Notes under the pieces: model-generated | The model's input: the letters and a program-made list of their open reading frames with translations, nothing else | Database searches by the model: none | Told to the model about the DNA's origin: nothing | Assembly (NCBI GenBank): GCA_043779265.1 | Contig: JAYWEM010000084.1 | Location: 3,768-67,767 of the forward strand | Length of the DNA: 64,000 bases | Source of the DNA: a bacterium | GTDB taxonomy: Bacteria > Eisenbacteria > RBG-16-71-46 | Direction of reading: 5' to 3' | Shown here: piece after piece, positions 38,546 to 47,924 of the stretch | Numbering within the stretch: position 1 is the stretch's first letter | Layout: each line of letters starts with the position of its first letter | Program-made: the position numbers and the translations under genes

Positions 38546-41209
38546 ATGGATGCCGAACAGAGACGACTCGACGAGGATGTCGCGCGCACCCGCAATTGGA
38601 AGCGATGGGGCCCCTACCTCTCGGAGCGGCAGTGGGGCACCGTCCGCGAGGACTACTCCGAGAACGGGGACTCGTGGAACAACTTCCCGCACGATCATGC
38701 GAGGAGCCGCGCCTATCGCTGGGGTGAGGACGGGCTACTCGGCTTCTGCGATCGCGAGGGCCGACTGAATCTGGCGCTCGGGCTGTGGAACGAACGCGAC
38801 GGCCTGATCAAGGAGCGGCTGTACGGGCTCACCGGGCCGCAGGGGAATCACGGCGAGGACGTGAAGGAGGTCTACGCCTATCTGGACTCCTCGCCCACGC
38901 ACAGCTACGCACGCGCCGCCTACCACTATCCGCAGGCGGAGTTCCCCTACGCGCAGCTCGTGGCCGAGAACGCCTCGCGCGATCGCGGGGCTCGCGAGTT
39001 CGAGATCGAGGACACCGGCGTGTTCGCCGACGGCCGCTGGTTCGAAGTCATCGCCGAGTACGCCAAGGCCTCGCCGGATGATCTCCTGCTCCGCGTGCGC
39101 ATCACCAATCGCGGTCCCGAAGCGGCACCGCTGCACGTGCTCGGCCAGCTGTGGTTCCGAAACACGTGGAGTTGGGGCCGAACCGGGGAATCGTATCCCG
39201 AGCGGCCATCGCTCGAACGAGCCGGCGCCAGTGAGATCCGGACCGATCACGCGACCCTCGGGCGATTCCGGTTCTTCGCCGATCAGGGTCCTGGCAGCCG
39301 TGCCCCGCAGATGCTCTTCACCGAGAACGAGACGAATGCACAGGCGCTGTTCGGTTCTCCGAACGCCTCCCCATACGTGAAGGACGCGTTTCATCGCAGG
39401 CTCATCGAGGGCGATCGTTCGGCGGTCCATCCCGAGGAGCGGGGGACGAAGGCAGCCGCTTGGCACTCGCTGCATCTCGCTCCGGGCGAGACCCAGGAGT
39501 TGCGGTTCCGGCTGACGCCCGAGGCGGAGGTGTCTGGCGATCCGTTCGGCCCGGGCTTCGACGAGGTGTTCGCCGACCGACTCCGCGAGACCGACCTGCA
39601 CTACGAGCGCCACATCCCCCTGTCGCTCGATGCCGAGGAGCGCCGCGTCGCGCGCGAGGGCTATGCGGGGCTGCTGTGGAGCAAGCAGTTCTACTTCTAC
39701 GTCGTGAAGGAGTGGCTGGAGGGCGACCCGGCACAGCCGCAGCCGCCGGAATCACGGCGATCCGGACGCAATCGCGAGTGGTCGCACCTGCACGCGCGCG
39801 ATGTGCTGTCGATGCCCGATGCCTGGGAGTATCCGTGGTTCGCCGCGTGGGATCTGGCGTTCCACATGCTGCCGTTCGCGCGGATCGACGTGGACTTCGC
39901 CAAGCACCAGCTGCAGTTGTTCCTCCGAGAGTGGTACATGCATCCGAACGGACAGGCGCCCGCCTACGAGTGGCACTTGGGCGACGTCAACCCGCCGGTG
40001 CATGCCTGGGCGGCGTGGCGCGTGTACAAGCACACGGGTGTGAAGGGCAAGCGCGACCGGCTGTTCCTGCGGCGCATCTTCCAGAAGTTGCTGTTGGACT
40101 TCACGTGGTGGGTGAATCGCAAGGACCTCGAGGGCAACAACCTGTTCGCGGGCGGCTTCCTCGGCCTCGACAACATCGGTGTGTTCGACCGCAGCAAGCC
40201 GCTCCCCGGGGGTCGGCTCGAACAAGCCGATGGCACGGCATGGATGGCGTTCTACTGCGGCACCATGCTCTCGATCGCACTCGAGCTCGCCGCGGAGGAC
40301 CCGGCATACGAGGATCTGGCGAGCAAGTTCTTCGAGCACTTCATCTCGATCGCCGACGCGATGAACCACATGGGCGGCACCGGGCTGTGGGATGAGGAGA
40401 GCGGCTTCTACCATGACCGCCTGCACCTCGACGGCCACACGCAGCCGCTGCAACTGCGCTCGGTGGTCGGACTCCTGCCCCTGATCGCGGTCGAGGTCCT
40501 GGAGCAGGATGTCATCGACCGGCTGCCGGGATTCAAGAAGCGCATGCAGTGGTTCATCGACAATCGTCAGGATCTCTCGCAGCACATCGCCTACCTCGAT
40601 GCGCGCCAGAACGGCAAGGCGCACCGGCTTCTCGCGATCCCGTCGCGCGAGCGACTCGAACGGGTTCTGCGCGTGATGCTCGACGAGAACGAGTTCCTTT
40701 CGCCACACGGCATCCGCTCCATGTCGCGCGCCCACCTGGAGCACCCGTTCGAGTTCGTGCTCGGCGACCAGACGCACAGCGTCCGCTACACTCCGGGCGA
40801 GAGCGACAATGGGTTGTTCGGCGGAAACTCCAACTGGCGTGGTCCCGTATGGTTCCCGGTCAACTACCTGCTCATCGAGGCGCTGGAGCGCTACCATCAC
40901 TTCTACGGCGACACGCTGAAGGTCGAGTGTCCGACCGGATCGGGTCAGTGGATGGATCTGCGCGAGGTGTCCAACGAACTCTCGCGCCGACTGGTGCAGC
41001 TGTTCGTGCCGGGCAAGGACGGGCGCAGGCCGTTCCAGTCCTACGAGGCGCTGGCCGGGCATCCGGCGAGCGCGGATCTGCTCCAGTTCCACGAGTACTT
41101 CGATGGGGACACGGGGCGCGGTTGCGGCGCAAGTCATCAGACGGGCTGGACGGCACTCGTCACGCGCTGTCTCGAGAAGCTCGCGGAGTCGCGCGACCGA
41201 GCCGCCTGA
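38546..41209 (+). CDS. glycoside hydrolase, GH63 family-like (MGH1 / processing alpha-glucosidase homologue)
   Basis: The N-terminal WKRWGPYLSERQWGTVREDYS motif and the (alpha/alpha)6 barrel organisation are typical of bacterial GH63 and mannosylglycerate-hydrolase-like enzymes. 887 aa. Confidence 0.75.
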   Translation: MDAEQRRLDEDVARTRNWKRWGPYLSERQWGTVREDYSENGDSWNNFPHDHARSRAYRWGEDGLLGFCDREGRLNLALGLWNERDGLIKERLYGLTGPQGNHGEDVKEVYAYLDSSPTHSYARAAYHYPQAEFPYAQLVAENASRDRGAREFEIEDTGVFADGRWFEVIAEYAKASPDDLLLRVRITNRGPEAAPLHVLGQLWFRNTWSWGRTGESYPERPSLERAGASEIRTDHATLGRFRFFADQGPGSRAPQMLFTENETNAQALFGSPNASPYVKDAFHRRLIEGDRSAVHPEERGTKAAAWHSLHLAPGETQELRFRLTPEAEVSGDPFGPGFDEVFADRLRETDLHYERHIPLSLDAEERRVAREGYAGLLWSKQFYFYVVKEWLEGDPAQPQPPESRRSGRNREWSHLHARDVLSMPDAWEYPWFAAWDLAFHMLPFARIDVDFAKHQLQLFLREWYMHPNGQAPAYEWHLGDVNPPVHAWAAWRVYKHTGVKGKRDRLFLRRIFQKLLLDFTWWVNRKDLEGNNLFAGGFLGLDNIGVFDRSKPLPGGRLEQADGTAWMAFYCGTMLSIALELAAEDPAYEDLASKFFEHFISIADAMNHMGGTGLWDEESGFYHDRLHLDGHTQPLQLRSVVGLLPLIAVEVLEQDVIDRLPGFKKRMQWFIDNRQDLSQHIAYLDARQNGKAHRLLAIPSRERLERVLRVMLDENEFLSPHGIRSMSRAHLEHPFEFVLGDQTHSVRYTPGESDNGLFGGNSNWRGPVWFPVNYLLIEALERYHHFYGDTLKVECPTGSGQWMDLREVSNELSRRLVQLFVPGKDGRRPFQSYEALAGHPASADLLQFHEYFDGDTGRGCGASHQTGWTALVTRCLEKLAESRDRAA

Positions 41210-41226
41210 CGCTCGCAACCGTCACG

Positions 41227-42135
41227 GTGCTGATGTCGCTGGCTGCAGCGGCAGATCCGGTGCAAGCCGCTTCGGTGCCGCATGCCACGCTCGACTCGCT
41301 GTTGCAGCGCCACGTGCGCGAGGAGCGCGTCGACTATCTGACGCTGCGCGATGAGGACGGCGCGCGTCTCGATGCCCACTTGAGCCGTCTGGCCGCCGTC
41401 GATGCGGCGTCGCTCGGTGCGGCCGAGCGGCTGGCGTTCGAGATCGATCTCTACAATGCCACCATGCTGCGGGCGGTGTGCGATCGCTACCGCGAGGGCT
41501 GGACCCCGGCAGCCGACGACTTCGCCGTGTTCAAGGCGCCACTCGTGCGACTGCGGACGGGAGTGATCTCGCTCGATGACCTCGAGCATCGTGTCATCCG
41601 GCCGAGGGTCAAGGACGCTCGCGTCCACGTGGCGCTCGTCTGCGCGGCGAGGTCCTGTCCGCCGATCCAGCCGCGTGCGTGGGTCGGCGTCGACCTCGAG
41701 AGCCAACTCGATCGGAGGATGCGCGCATTCGTCACGGACACGTTGCGCAACCGCATCGACCGCTCCGCCGGCCGACTCCGCCTCTCGAGACTCTTCGAGT
41801 GGTTCGCCGAGGACTTCGGAGGCGCGAGCGCGGTGGCCGATTACGTCAGTCGGTGGACGGAGCGCACGGTCGACGCCCTTCAGGTCTCGTTCCTCGACTA
41901 CGACTGGTCACTCAATCTGGCGCGCCCACGAGCCGGCCTGTGGCGCACTGTGGCCGCACAGCAGGCGGCGGTCCATCCCGGCGCCAGCGGTGCGCCGGGA
42001 CCGCGGAGCCTTTCGCGCGGGGAGGTCGTGCGAGAACTGGGCCTCCGAGGTGCGCGCGTTCGGGTCGTGCTTCCGGGCGGGGGCGAGGGCTGGATCGAGC
42101 GCACCGCACTCCGGCCCTGGCGCGCGCCGCGCTGA
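41227..42135 (+). CDS. DUF547-domain protein with a short signal peptide
   Basis: DUF547 core (LAFEIDLYNATMLRAV ... VHVALVCAARSCPPI ... RLRLSRLFEWF). I take the start as GTG at 41227 or ATG at 41233. The ORF-track extension to 40549 overlaps the GH63 gene and is rejected. Confidence 0.6.
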   Translation: MLMSLAAAADPVQAASVPHATLDSLLQRHVREERVDYLTLRDEDGARLDAHLSRLAAVDAASLGAAERLAFEIDLYNATMLRAVCDRYREGWTPAADDFAVFKAPLVRLRTGVISLDDLEHRVIRPRVKDARVHVALVCAARSCPPIQPRAWVGVDLESQLDRRMRAFVTDTLRNRIDRSAGRLRLSRLFEWFAEDFGGASAVADYVSRWTERTVDALQVSFLDYDWSLNLARPRAGLWRTVAAQQAAVHPGASGAPGPRSLSRGEVVRELGLRGARVRVVLPGGGEGWIERTALRPWRAPR

Positions 42136-42165
42136 GGGACCGCGTTCGTCACTTGGCGACACAAA

Positions 42166-42813
42166 GTGCTTGACGGGGCTTCACGACAGGCGGACTCTCG
42201 GTCCATGTCCGATCCAACGGCTCGCGATCCGAGGCCCCCCATCCCGCTGCACGCTCACGCCGCGGATGACCTGCGCTACATCCGCTCGACACTCGAGCGT
42301 GCGACCGCCTTCACCAGCATCTCCGGTTGGGGCGAGGTCGCCGTCGGACTCACGGCCCTCGGTGCGGCGGCCTTCACCTGGCGGCTCGCGGATCCCGATC
42401 GCTGGCTCGTCGCGTGGTTGTTCGAGGCGAGCATCGCGATGGCTTTGAGCGTCGGCGCCGCTGCACTCAAGGCGCAGCGACTGCGCGTCGCACTCTTCGG
42501 CGTCGCCGGCCAGCGATTCGCGTTGGCATTCGCGGCGCCGGCGGTGACCGGAGCCGTGCTCACGGTCGCGCTGGTGCGAAGCGGACAGTTCTCGCTCCTG
42601 CCCGGCATGTGGCTCCTGACTTACGGCGCAGCGGTCGCCAGCGGCGGGGCGTTTTCCGTCCGTCCGGTGCCGTTGTTGGGAGCGGTGTGCATCGCGTGTG
42701 GCATCGGCGCGGTCGCCACGCCCGCCGCCTGGAGCACCGCCTGGCTCGCCGCCGGCTTCGGACTGGCGCACGTCGGGTTCGGCTGGTGGATCGCGCGGAG
42801 GCACGGTGGCTGA
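42166..42813 (+). CDS. hypothetical integral membrane protein
   Basis: Four to five predicted transmembrane helices. Its stop overlaps the downstream HTH regulator start by 8 bp. Confidence 0.5.
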   Translation: MLDGASRQADSRSMSDPTARDPRPPIPLHAHAADDLRYIRSTLERATAFTSISGWGEVAVGLTALGAAAFTWRLADPDRWLVAWLFEASIAMALSVGAAALKAQRLRVALFGVAGQRFALAFAAPAVTGAVLTVALVRSGQFSLLPGMWLLTYGAAVASGGAFSVRPVPLLGAVCIACGIGAVATPAAWSTAWLAAGFGLAHVGFGWWIARRHGG

Positions 42814-43159
42814 CGCGGCGAGGCGGACGAGGCGAGCGAGCGAACCTCGAATCGAACAGACGGCGCAGAGCCTCGATCGCATCATCCATGAGCGAGCGCG
42901 TCTGGCGCTGGTGAGCGCCCTCGCCGTGCACGCAAGGCTCACGCACAACGAACTGAAGAGCCTCCTGAGCCTGACCGACGGCAACCTCAGCGTTCACGCG
43001 CGACGGCTGGAGGAGGCGGGCTACGTCACCTGCCACAAGTCCTTCGAGGGGCGCCTCCCGCGCACCGAGTACACGCTGACCGGTCCGGGTCGTCGCGCGC
43101 TCGATCGCTACCTCGCCCACATGGAGGCCCTCATCCGAGCCACGAGGGAGCGGGCATGA
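42806..43159 (+). CDS. winged-helix transcriptional regulator (HTH_34 / PadR-like wHTH)
   Basis: LDRIIHERARLALVSALAVHARLTHNELKSLLSLTDGNLSVHARRLEEAGYVTCHKSFEGRLPRTEYTLTGPGRRALDRY matches winged-helix regulators that are often paired with membrane proteins. GTG start overlapping the upstream gene. Confidence 0.6.
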   Translation: MADAARRTRRASEPRIEQTAQSLDRIIHERARLALVSALAVHARLTHNELKSLLSLTDGNLSVHARRLEEAGYVTCHKSFEGRLPRTEYTLTGPGRRALDRYLAHMEALIRATRERA

Positions 43160-43606
43160 CGTCGCCCTTCAACTCCCGGGGCCCGAGGCCGATACCTCGG
43201 GCGCAGGTTCGATCCGATCGCCGAGTCCAGCCCCCTTCGAGGAGAGCCGACGATGCATGAACGACGCAAACCGACGCGTGTCGCTCGACCGCGCCGCACG
43301 CGGCATGGAAACCCCAACGAGAGCGATCGTTCCTCCCCGAGGCCGATGCATGTCCCGATCGAGGACCGAGTCGAGGTCGCGGTTCTGGGTGCGCTCAGCC
43401 GACTTGCACGGCGCCTCGGCGCGTCGCCCTTCTCCGTCGCGCGCTGATCCTCCGCGACGCATTCGGCCACCCGAGCGGCTACAACTGACTCCCGCGATTC
43501 GGCGTAGTAGGGTGTGAATCCGCCTCCAGGAGTCCCCCAGCCGTGCCACGCCGGAAGTTCCGGAGGCCGAGGGGGCCGCACTCCGGAGCGCTGAAGGAGC
43601 ACACCC

Positions 43607-44164
43607 ATGCTGAGATGGAGCCGTTGGGTCACCGTGACGTCCACGCTCGCCCTCATTGCCACGTCGGTCGTCGCGATCGCAGCCGTCTCGGGCAAGAAGG
43701 CCGGAGTCCGCGACAAGCAGGTGGAGCGTGGGTTGTACCTGAGCGTCCTCATGGGGTGCGGCGACTGTCACACGCCGGGCTACCTCTACGGCGCGCCGGA
43801 CCACGAGCGGCATCTCTCGGGTAGTGAGCTGGGTTGGACGGGTCCCTGGGGCGTGTCGTTCCCGCGCAACCTGACGCCCGACATGGAGACCGGACTCGGC
43901 AAGTGGTCCGAGAGGGAGATCGTCACCGCGCTCCGTACGGGCACACGGCCCGACGGGTCGACGCTCCTGCCTCCCATGCCGTGGCAGAACTTCACCGTGA
44001 TGACCGACGCGGATGCCTACGCGCTGGCGGCCTATCTCAAGTCGCTCAAGCCGGTCCGCCACGAGATGCCCAGAACCGTTCCTCCGGGCGAGAAGTACGA
44101 TGGCGCGACGATCGTGATGCCGCCGCCTCCCGCGTGGGACGTGCCGCCACCTGCTGGGCAGTGA
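43607..44164 (+). CDS. membrane-anchored mono-haem c-type cytochrome
   Basis: N-terminal signal anchor (VTVTSTLALIATSVVAIAAV), a single CGDCH haem-binding motif and a distal Met region. GAAGGAG RBS. Confidence 0.7.
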   Translation: MLRWSRWVTVTSTLALIATSVVAIAAVSGKKAGVRDKQVERGLYLSVLMGCGDCHTPGYLYGAPDHERHLSGSELGWTGPWGVSFPRNLTPDMETGLGKWSEREIVTALRTGTRPDGSTLLPPMPWQNFTVMTDADAYALAAYLKSLKPVRHEMPRTVPPGEKYDGATIVMPPPPAWDVPPPAGQ

Positions 44165-44234
44165 GCGCGCTCGAATCGGAATCGCCCGGCCGGAGAGCCT
44201 CCGGCCGGGCGTAATTCGTTCGAGAGGGCAGGGC

Positions 44235-45287
44235 TCAGGGCTGACGAGTCAGTTGCACTGCGCCCGAGCCGGTGTCGATGACGACGCGCGAGCGGCCATC
44301 GCCGATACGGCCGGCCAGCGAGTTGCGACTGCGCTCGCGAACCGTCACGGGCATCCCGGTGTGGATGCCGCCCGAGCCCGTCGAGATGCGCAGATCGGCG
44401 CCGAAACCGTGCGGGATCGTGAGCCGCACGCCGCCCGAGCCGGTGTCGATGAGCACGTCCGTCTTGGTCGCGAGCAGGGAGGCGGTCACGGCGCCGGATC
44501 CCGTGTCGATGTGCAGACGGTCCGAGTCGACACCATCGACGCGCACCGCACCCGAGCCCGTATCCACGATGAGCTCCAGGCACCGGATGGCACTGCACGA
44601 GACACTCCCCGAGCCGGTGTCGAATGAGACGCGCTCGCCCTGGATGTCGTTGGCGCGGATGTCGCCGGATCCCGTGTCGATCAGCAGGCCCCCGACGTGG
44701 CGCGAGACTCGGACCGTGCCGGAGCCGACATCGACCGAGAGTGAGCCTCGCGTGCCCTCGGAGATGAATGAAGTCGCGCCGCCATCGAACAAGATGTCCG
44801 CATCGGTCCCGGACTGCTGCCCATCCCCGACCGCCAGATAGAGCTCGAGCTTGACTCCCTTGGGCACCTGCACGCGCAGGTTCGCGTGCGCCTCGAGTCC
44901 TCGTCCGCCCGAACCGACCGTCACACGGCGTCCACTCCAGCCTTTCTGATTCCCCCAGGTACCGTCGTCGCGCAGCCGCACGGTGGACTGAGAGCCGCTG
45001 CGACTCCCAGGACGGTTGTAGGCCACGCGATCGGCGTCGTAGAGGATGCGAAGGCGCGAGCCACCGACCATGCGATCGGTCATCAGCTTGAGCTTGGCGG
45101 CATCGCGGCCGCCGCGCTCCACGAGGACCACGATATCGGGACCGGTGCCGGATTCGATGATCGCCTGGCCGGCCAGGTTCCAGATCGCCACGCTGCCGCC
45201 CGAGAGCGTCAGTTTCTCGGCCGCGAGAGCGGGCGCGTGGGCGAGCGCGACGAGGGTGAGAGCCGAGAGAGCTTGGCGGATTCGCAT
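44235..45287 (-). CDS. DUF4097-family (putative adhesin / LiaG-like beta-repeat) secreted protein
   Basis: Signal peptide MRIRQALSALTLVALAHAPALA followed by many IDTGSG(A/G)V beta-strand repeats typical of DUF4097. GAAGGAG RBS. It is divergently oriented from the ECF sigma operon. Confidence 0.65.
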   Translation of the reverse strand: MRIRQALSALTLVALAHAPALAAEKLTLSGGSVAIWNLAGQAIIESGTGPDIVVLVERGGRDAAKLKLMTDRMVGGSRLRILYDADRVAYNRPGSRSGSQSTVRLRDDGTWGNQKGWSGRRVTVGSGGRGLEAHANLRVQVPKGVKLELYLAVGDGQQSGTDADILFDGGATSFISEGTRGSLSVDVGSGTVRVSRHVGGLLIDTGSGDIRANDIQGERVSFDTGSGSVSCSAIRCLELIVDTGSGAVRVDGVDSDRLHIDTGSGAVTASLLATKTDVLIDTGSGGVRLTIPHGFGADLRISTGSGGIHTGMPVTVRERSRNSLAGRIGDGRSRVVIDTGSGAVQLTRQP

Positions 45288-45418
45288 GCGGTGCTCCTTC
45301 AAGAGGCGGCGAAAGGGGAGGCGAGGGCATGCCACGGTCAGCATCCCCTATGCATGAGAACGGCCAAGGGACCGAGAAGGTTGCATCCCCTTGACCTGGG
45401 CCGATGCGAGGCGGCACC

Positions 45419-45454
45419 GGAGCCGCGCCTGGAGCCGCGCCCGGAGCCGCGCCC
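45419..45454. repeat. 3 x 12-bp perfect or near-perfect tandem direct repeat (GGAGCCGCGCC(T/C)) in the divergent promoter region
   Basis: ggagccgcgcct ggagccgcgccc ggagccgcgccc sits immediately upstream of a GGAAC (-35-like) element at 45460-45464, about 95 bp before the ECF sigma start. Confidence 0.6.
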
Positions 45455-45547
45455 GTGAGGGAACCGGGCGCGCCCGCCCATCGGGGCTTTCCGCGGTCGG
45501 CCTTCGGGTCCAAACCTTATCGGGGTTCGGCCCGTCCCATCATTCGG

Positions 45548-46171
45548 ATGTCACTCACCCTGACCATGCCATCACGAGCCCTGAACCTGGACACTCCCGC
45601 TCTGTCCTCGAGTCGAGATGCCGACGACGTGGCCCTCGCGGCACGGGGGGACACGCGTGCCTTCCAACGCCTCTACCACGAGCACAAGGACCGGGTGTAC
45701 GCCCTGGCGAGGCGGATGGCCGGTGTGGATCGGGCCGCGGAGATGACCCAGGACGTCTTCGTCCGGGCGTGGCAGAAGCTCGGGACCTTCCGTGGCGAGG
45801 CGCGGTTCTCCACTTGGCTGCACCGACTCGCCGTCAATCTCATCATCAGTCGGCGATCGAGTGACACCACTCGACGCTCCCGCTTCATCGAGGACGAGTC
45901 ACGCATCGAGTCCGCTGCCGCTCGGCCCGTTCACCGCGAGCTGGTTCTGGACCTCGAGGCCGCGATCGAGCGGTTGCCCTCCGGGGCGCGGGCGGTGTTC
46001 GTGCTCCACGATGTCGAAGGCTACAAGCACGAGGAGGTCGGCCGTCTCCTCGGGATCAGCACCGGCACCACCAAAGCCCAGTTGCATCGTGCGCGCATGC
46101 TGCTGCGCCGACATCTCGAGCCCGTGACGGTGAGCAGTCCTGCGCCCCTGCAGAAGGATCGAAGCCGATGA
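45548..46171 (+). CDS. ECF-type RNA polymerase sigma factor (RpoE-like)
   Basis: Region 2 (AFQRLYHEHKDRVYALARRMAG...DVFVRAWQKLGTFRGEARFSTWLHRLAVNL) and region 4 (AVFVLHDVEGYKHEEVGRLLGISTGTTKAQLHRAR). ATGA overlap with the downstream anti-sigma gene. Confidence 0.85.
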   Translation: MSLTLTMPSRALNLDTPALSSSRDADDVALAARGDTRAFQRLYHEHKDRVYALARRMAGVDRAAEMTQDVFVRAWQKLGTFRGEARFSTWLHRLAVNLIISRRSSDTTRRSRFIEDESRIESAAARPVHRELVLDLEAAIERLPSGARAVFVLHDVEGYKHEEVGRLLGISTGTTKAQLHRARMLLRRHLEPVTVSSPAPLQKDRSR

Positions 46172-46848
46172 GCGACCGCTGGACCGACATGCTCTCCGAC
46201 CATCTCGATGGTGACCTCGCTCGCAGCGAAGCCGAAGCGCTGAAGCGGCATCTCGAAGCGTGCGAGGAATGCAGCCGGACTCTCGAGGAGCTGCGCCGAC
46301 TCAAGGCGCGCGCTCGTGCACTCGTGGACCCGTCCGCGCCCGACGATCTCTGGGCGGGGATCGCGCGACAGATCGGTGCGGCGGGTCCCACGAGTGCGAC
46401 GTCCGAGGCGCCGATCATCGCGATGCCCCCGCGGCTCCGGCGGGACTGGCCGCTGCCGCAGCTGGTGGCCGCCGGCTTCGCCGCGCTTCTGATCGGCGCT
46501 GCCGCCATCTGGATGGTGCGCAGCCAGAGCGCACCGGTGGCGCAGGTGGTGCCGACTAGGACCTCGACGCCCGTCGCTGCGCTCGCGACGTTCGATGCCG
46601 AGCAGGTCGCGGGCGAGATCGCACAGCTGCAGGCGGCGCTCCAGCGTGGGCGCGAGAAGCTCGACCCGCGCACGGTCGAAGTGCTCGAGCGCAACCTCGC
46701 GCTCATCCAGCAGGCGACTGCGGATGCCAAGGCCGCCTTGGCGGCGGATCCGGCGAATGCCGCCCTTCAGAGTTATTTCGCGGTGAACGTCCAGCGGAAG
46801 CTCGTGTTGATGCGTCAGGCGACACAACTGGCGGGAGTCGGGTCATGA
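46168..46848 (+). CDS. zinc-finger (zf-HC2-like) transmembrane anti-sigma factor
   Basis: N-terminal HLEACEECS motif, a single transmembrane helix (LPQLVAAGFAALLIGAAAIWMV) and a periplasmic C-terminal domain. It is translationally coupled on both sides. Confidence 0.7.
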   Translation: MSDRWTDMLSDHLDGDLARSEAEALKRHLEACEECSRTLEELRRLKARARALVDPSAPDDLWAGIARQIGAAGPTSATSEAPIIAMPPRLRRDWPLPQLVAAGFAALLIGAAAIWMVRSQSAPVAQVVPTRTSTPVAALATFDAEQVAGEIAQLQAALQRGREKLDPRTVEVLERNLALIQQATADAKAALAADPANAALQSYFAVNVQRKLVLMRQATQLAGVGS

Positions 46849-47924
46849 TCGAGACTCTGTTCGCTTTGAGCCTCCTGTGCAGCACGCCGGTCTCGGATGA
46901 CGGACCGCCTCATGTCCATCATGAGGACTGCGGCCCGCACGAGGTGATCGAGTGGGCCGCGCAACGAGGTGGAGCCCTCGTCGGGCGCAGCGACACGACG
47001 ATCACCGTGGAGCGGGGCCTCACGCTCGTGTTGCAGGGACTCGACGGCGACATCCAGGTCGGCACGTGGCCCCGGCAGCAGTTGCGTGTCGAGGCCGAGC
47101 ATGGCCGCCGGGACAGACTGGTGCTCCGGCGCGAGGGTCGTCGCCTGCATGTCGAGGCCGTGCGCCCCAACAGCATCGCGGCGCACGTCGAGTGGAAGCT
47201 CACGGTGCCCGAGTGGCTCCCGCTCCAGATCTCCTGCCTCGGCGGGGACGTGACGGTCGAGGGGACGCAGGGCCGACTCGAGGTCTCGGCCCTCAGTGGG
47301 GATGTGAAGGTGCAGGGCGCGCGAGGTCCGCTCAGCCTCAACTCGGTCGAGGGCCAGGTGCAGGTGCTCGATACCGAGGGCACCATCCGAGCGAGCTCGA
47401 TCAACAACGACGTGCGTCTCACTCGGATCGTGGGTGAGGTCGACGCGCAATCGGTCAATGGCAGCATCCGGATGGAGTACCTGCGCGCGCTTCACGTGGT
47501 GGCGAGTTCGGTCAACGGCCGCGTGTGGTTCGTGGGCCCGCTGCAGCCGCAGGGCCGCTACAACCTGTCGTCGCACAATGGCGAGATGTTGATCGGTCTG
47601 CCCGACGGACAGGACGCCCAGATGCGTGTCACGACGCATCAGGGGGAGGTCCAATCGGACCTGCCCGGTTGGACCGTGCCATCACCTTCCACCTCGCGCA
47701 GCTTCACCTTCAAGCTGGGGGCCGGCGGCAGCGAGGTCGACCTGGAGTCGTTCAACGGACTCATCCAACTGCTCCAGTTGAAGGACGTCGAGCTGAAACT
47801 ACAGCGGGTCGACGAACGTATCCGTGAACGTGTCCGGCAGCGGAGCGCACCGCGCGCGCCGCGCGTGCCGAGGCCAGCGGGCACGCCCCCGCCCGCGCCT
47901 GAGGCGCCCAAGGAGGATCGCTGA
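46845..47924 (+). CDS. DUF4097-family protein
   Basis: Repeated GDV.V.G / VNGS beta-strand units (LSGDVKVQGARGPLSLNSVEGQVQVLDTEGTIRASSINNDVRLTRIVGEVDAQSVNGSIRM). The tail is Pro/Arg-rich. Confidence 0.65.
   Translation: MIETLFALSLLCSTPVSDDGPPHVHHEDCGPHEVIEWAAQRGGALVGRSDTTITVERGLTLVLQGLDGDIQVGTWPRQQLRVEAEHGRRDRLVLRREGRRLHVEAVRPNSIAAHVEWKLTVPEWLPLQISCLGGDVTVEGTQGRLEVSALSGDVKVQGARGPLSLNSVEGQVQVLDTEGTIRASSINNDVRLTRIVGEVDAQSVNGSIRMEYLRALHVVASSVNGRVWFVGPLQPQGRYNLSSHNGEMLIGLPDGQDAQMRVTTHQGEVQSDLPGWTVPSPSTSRSFTFKLGAGGSEVDLESFNGLIQLLQLKDVELKLQRVDERIRERVRQRSAPRAPRVPRPAGTPPPAPEAPKEDR

Noticed and set aside
40549-41226. Upstream extension of the DUF547 ORF into the GH63 gene
   Set aside because: The Arg-rich translation overlaps the well-supported GH63 C-terminus. 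The DUF547 homology and the signal peptide start after 41206.
45419-45454. The 12-bp tandem repeat as a CRISPR array or coding Gly-Ala-Ala-Pro repeat
   Set aside because: Only three contiguous copies with no spacers, so it is not a CRISPR array. The plus- and minus-strand ORFs that translate it (GAAPGAAPGAAP) lie in an intergenic region between better-supported genes.
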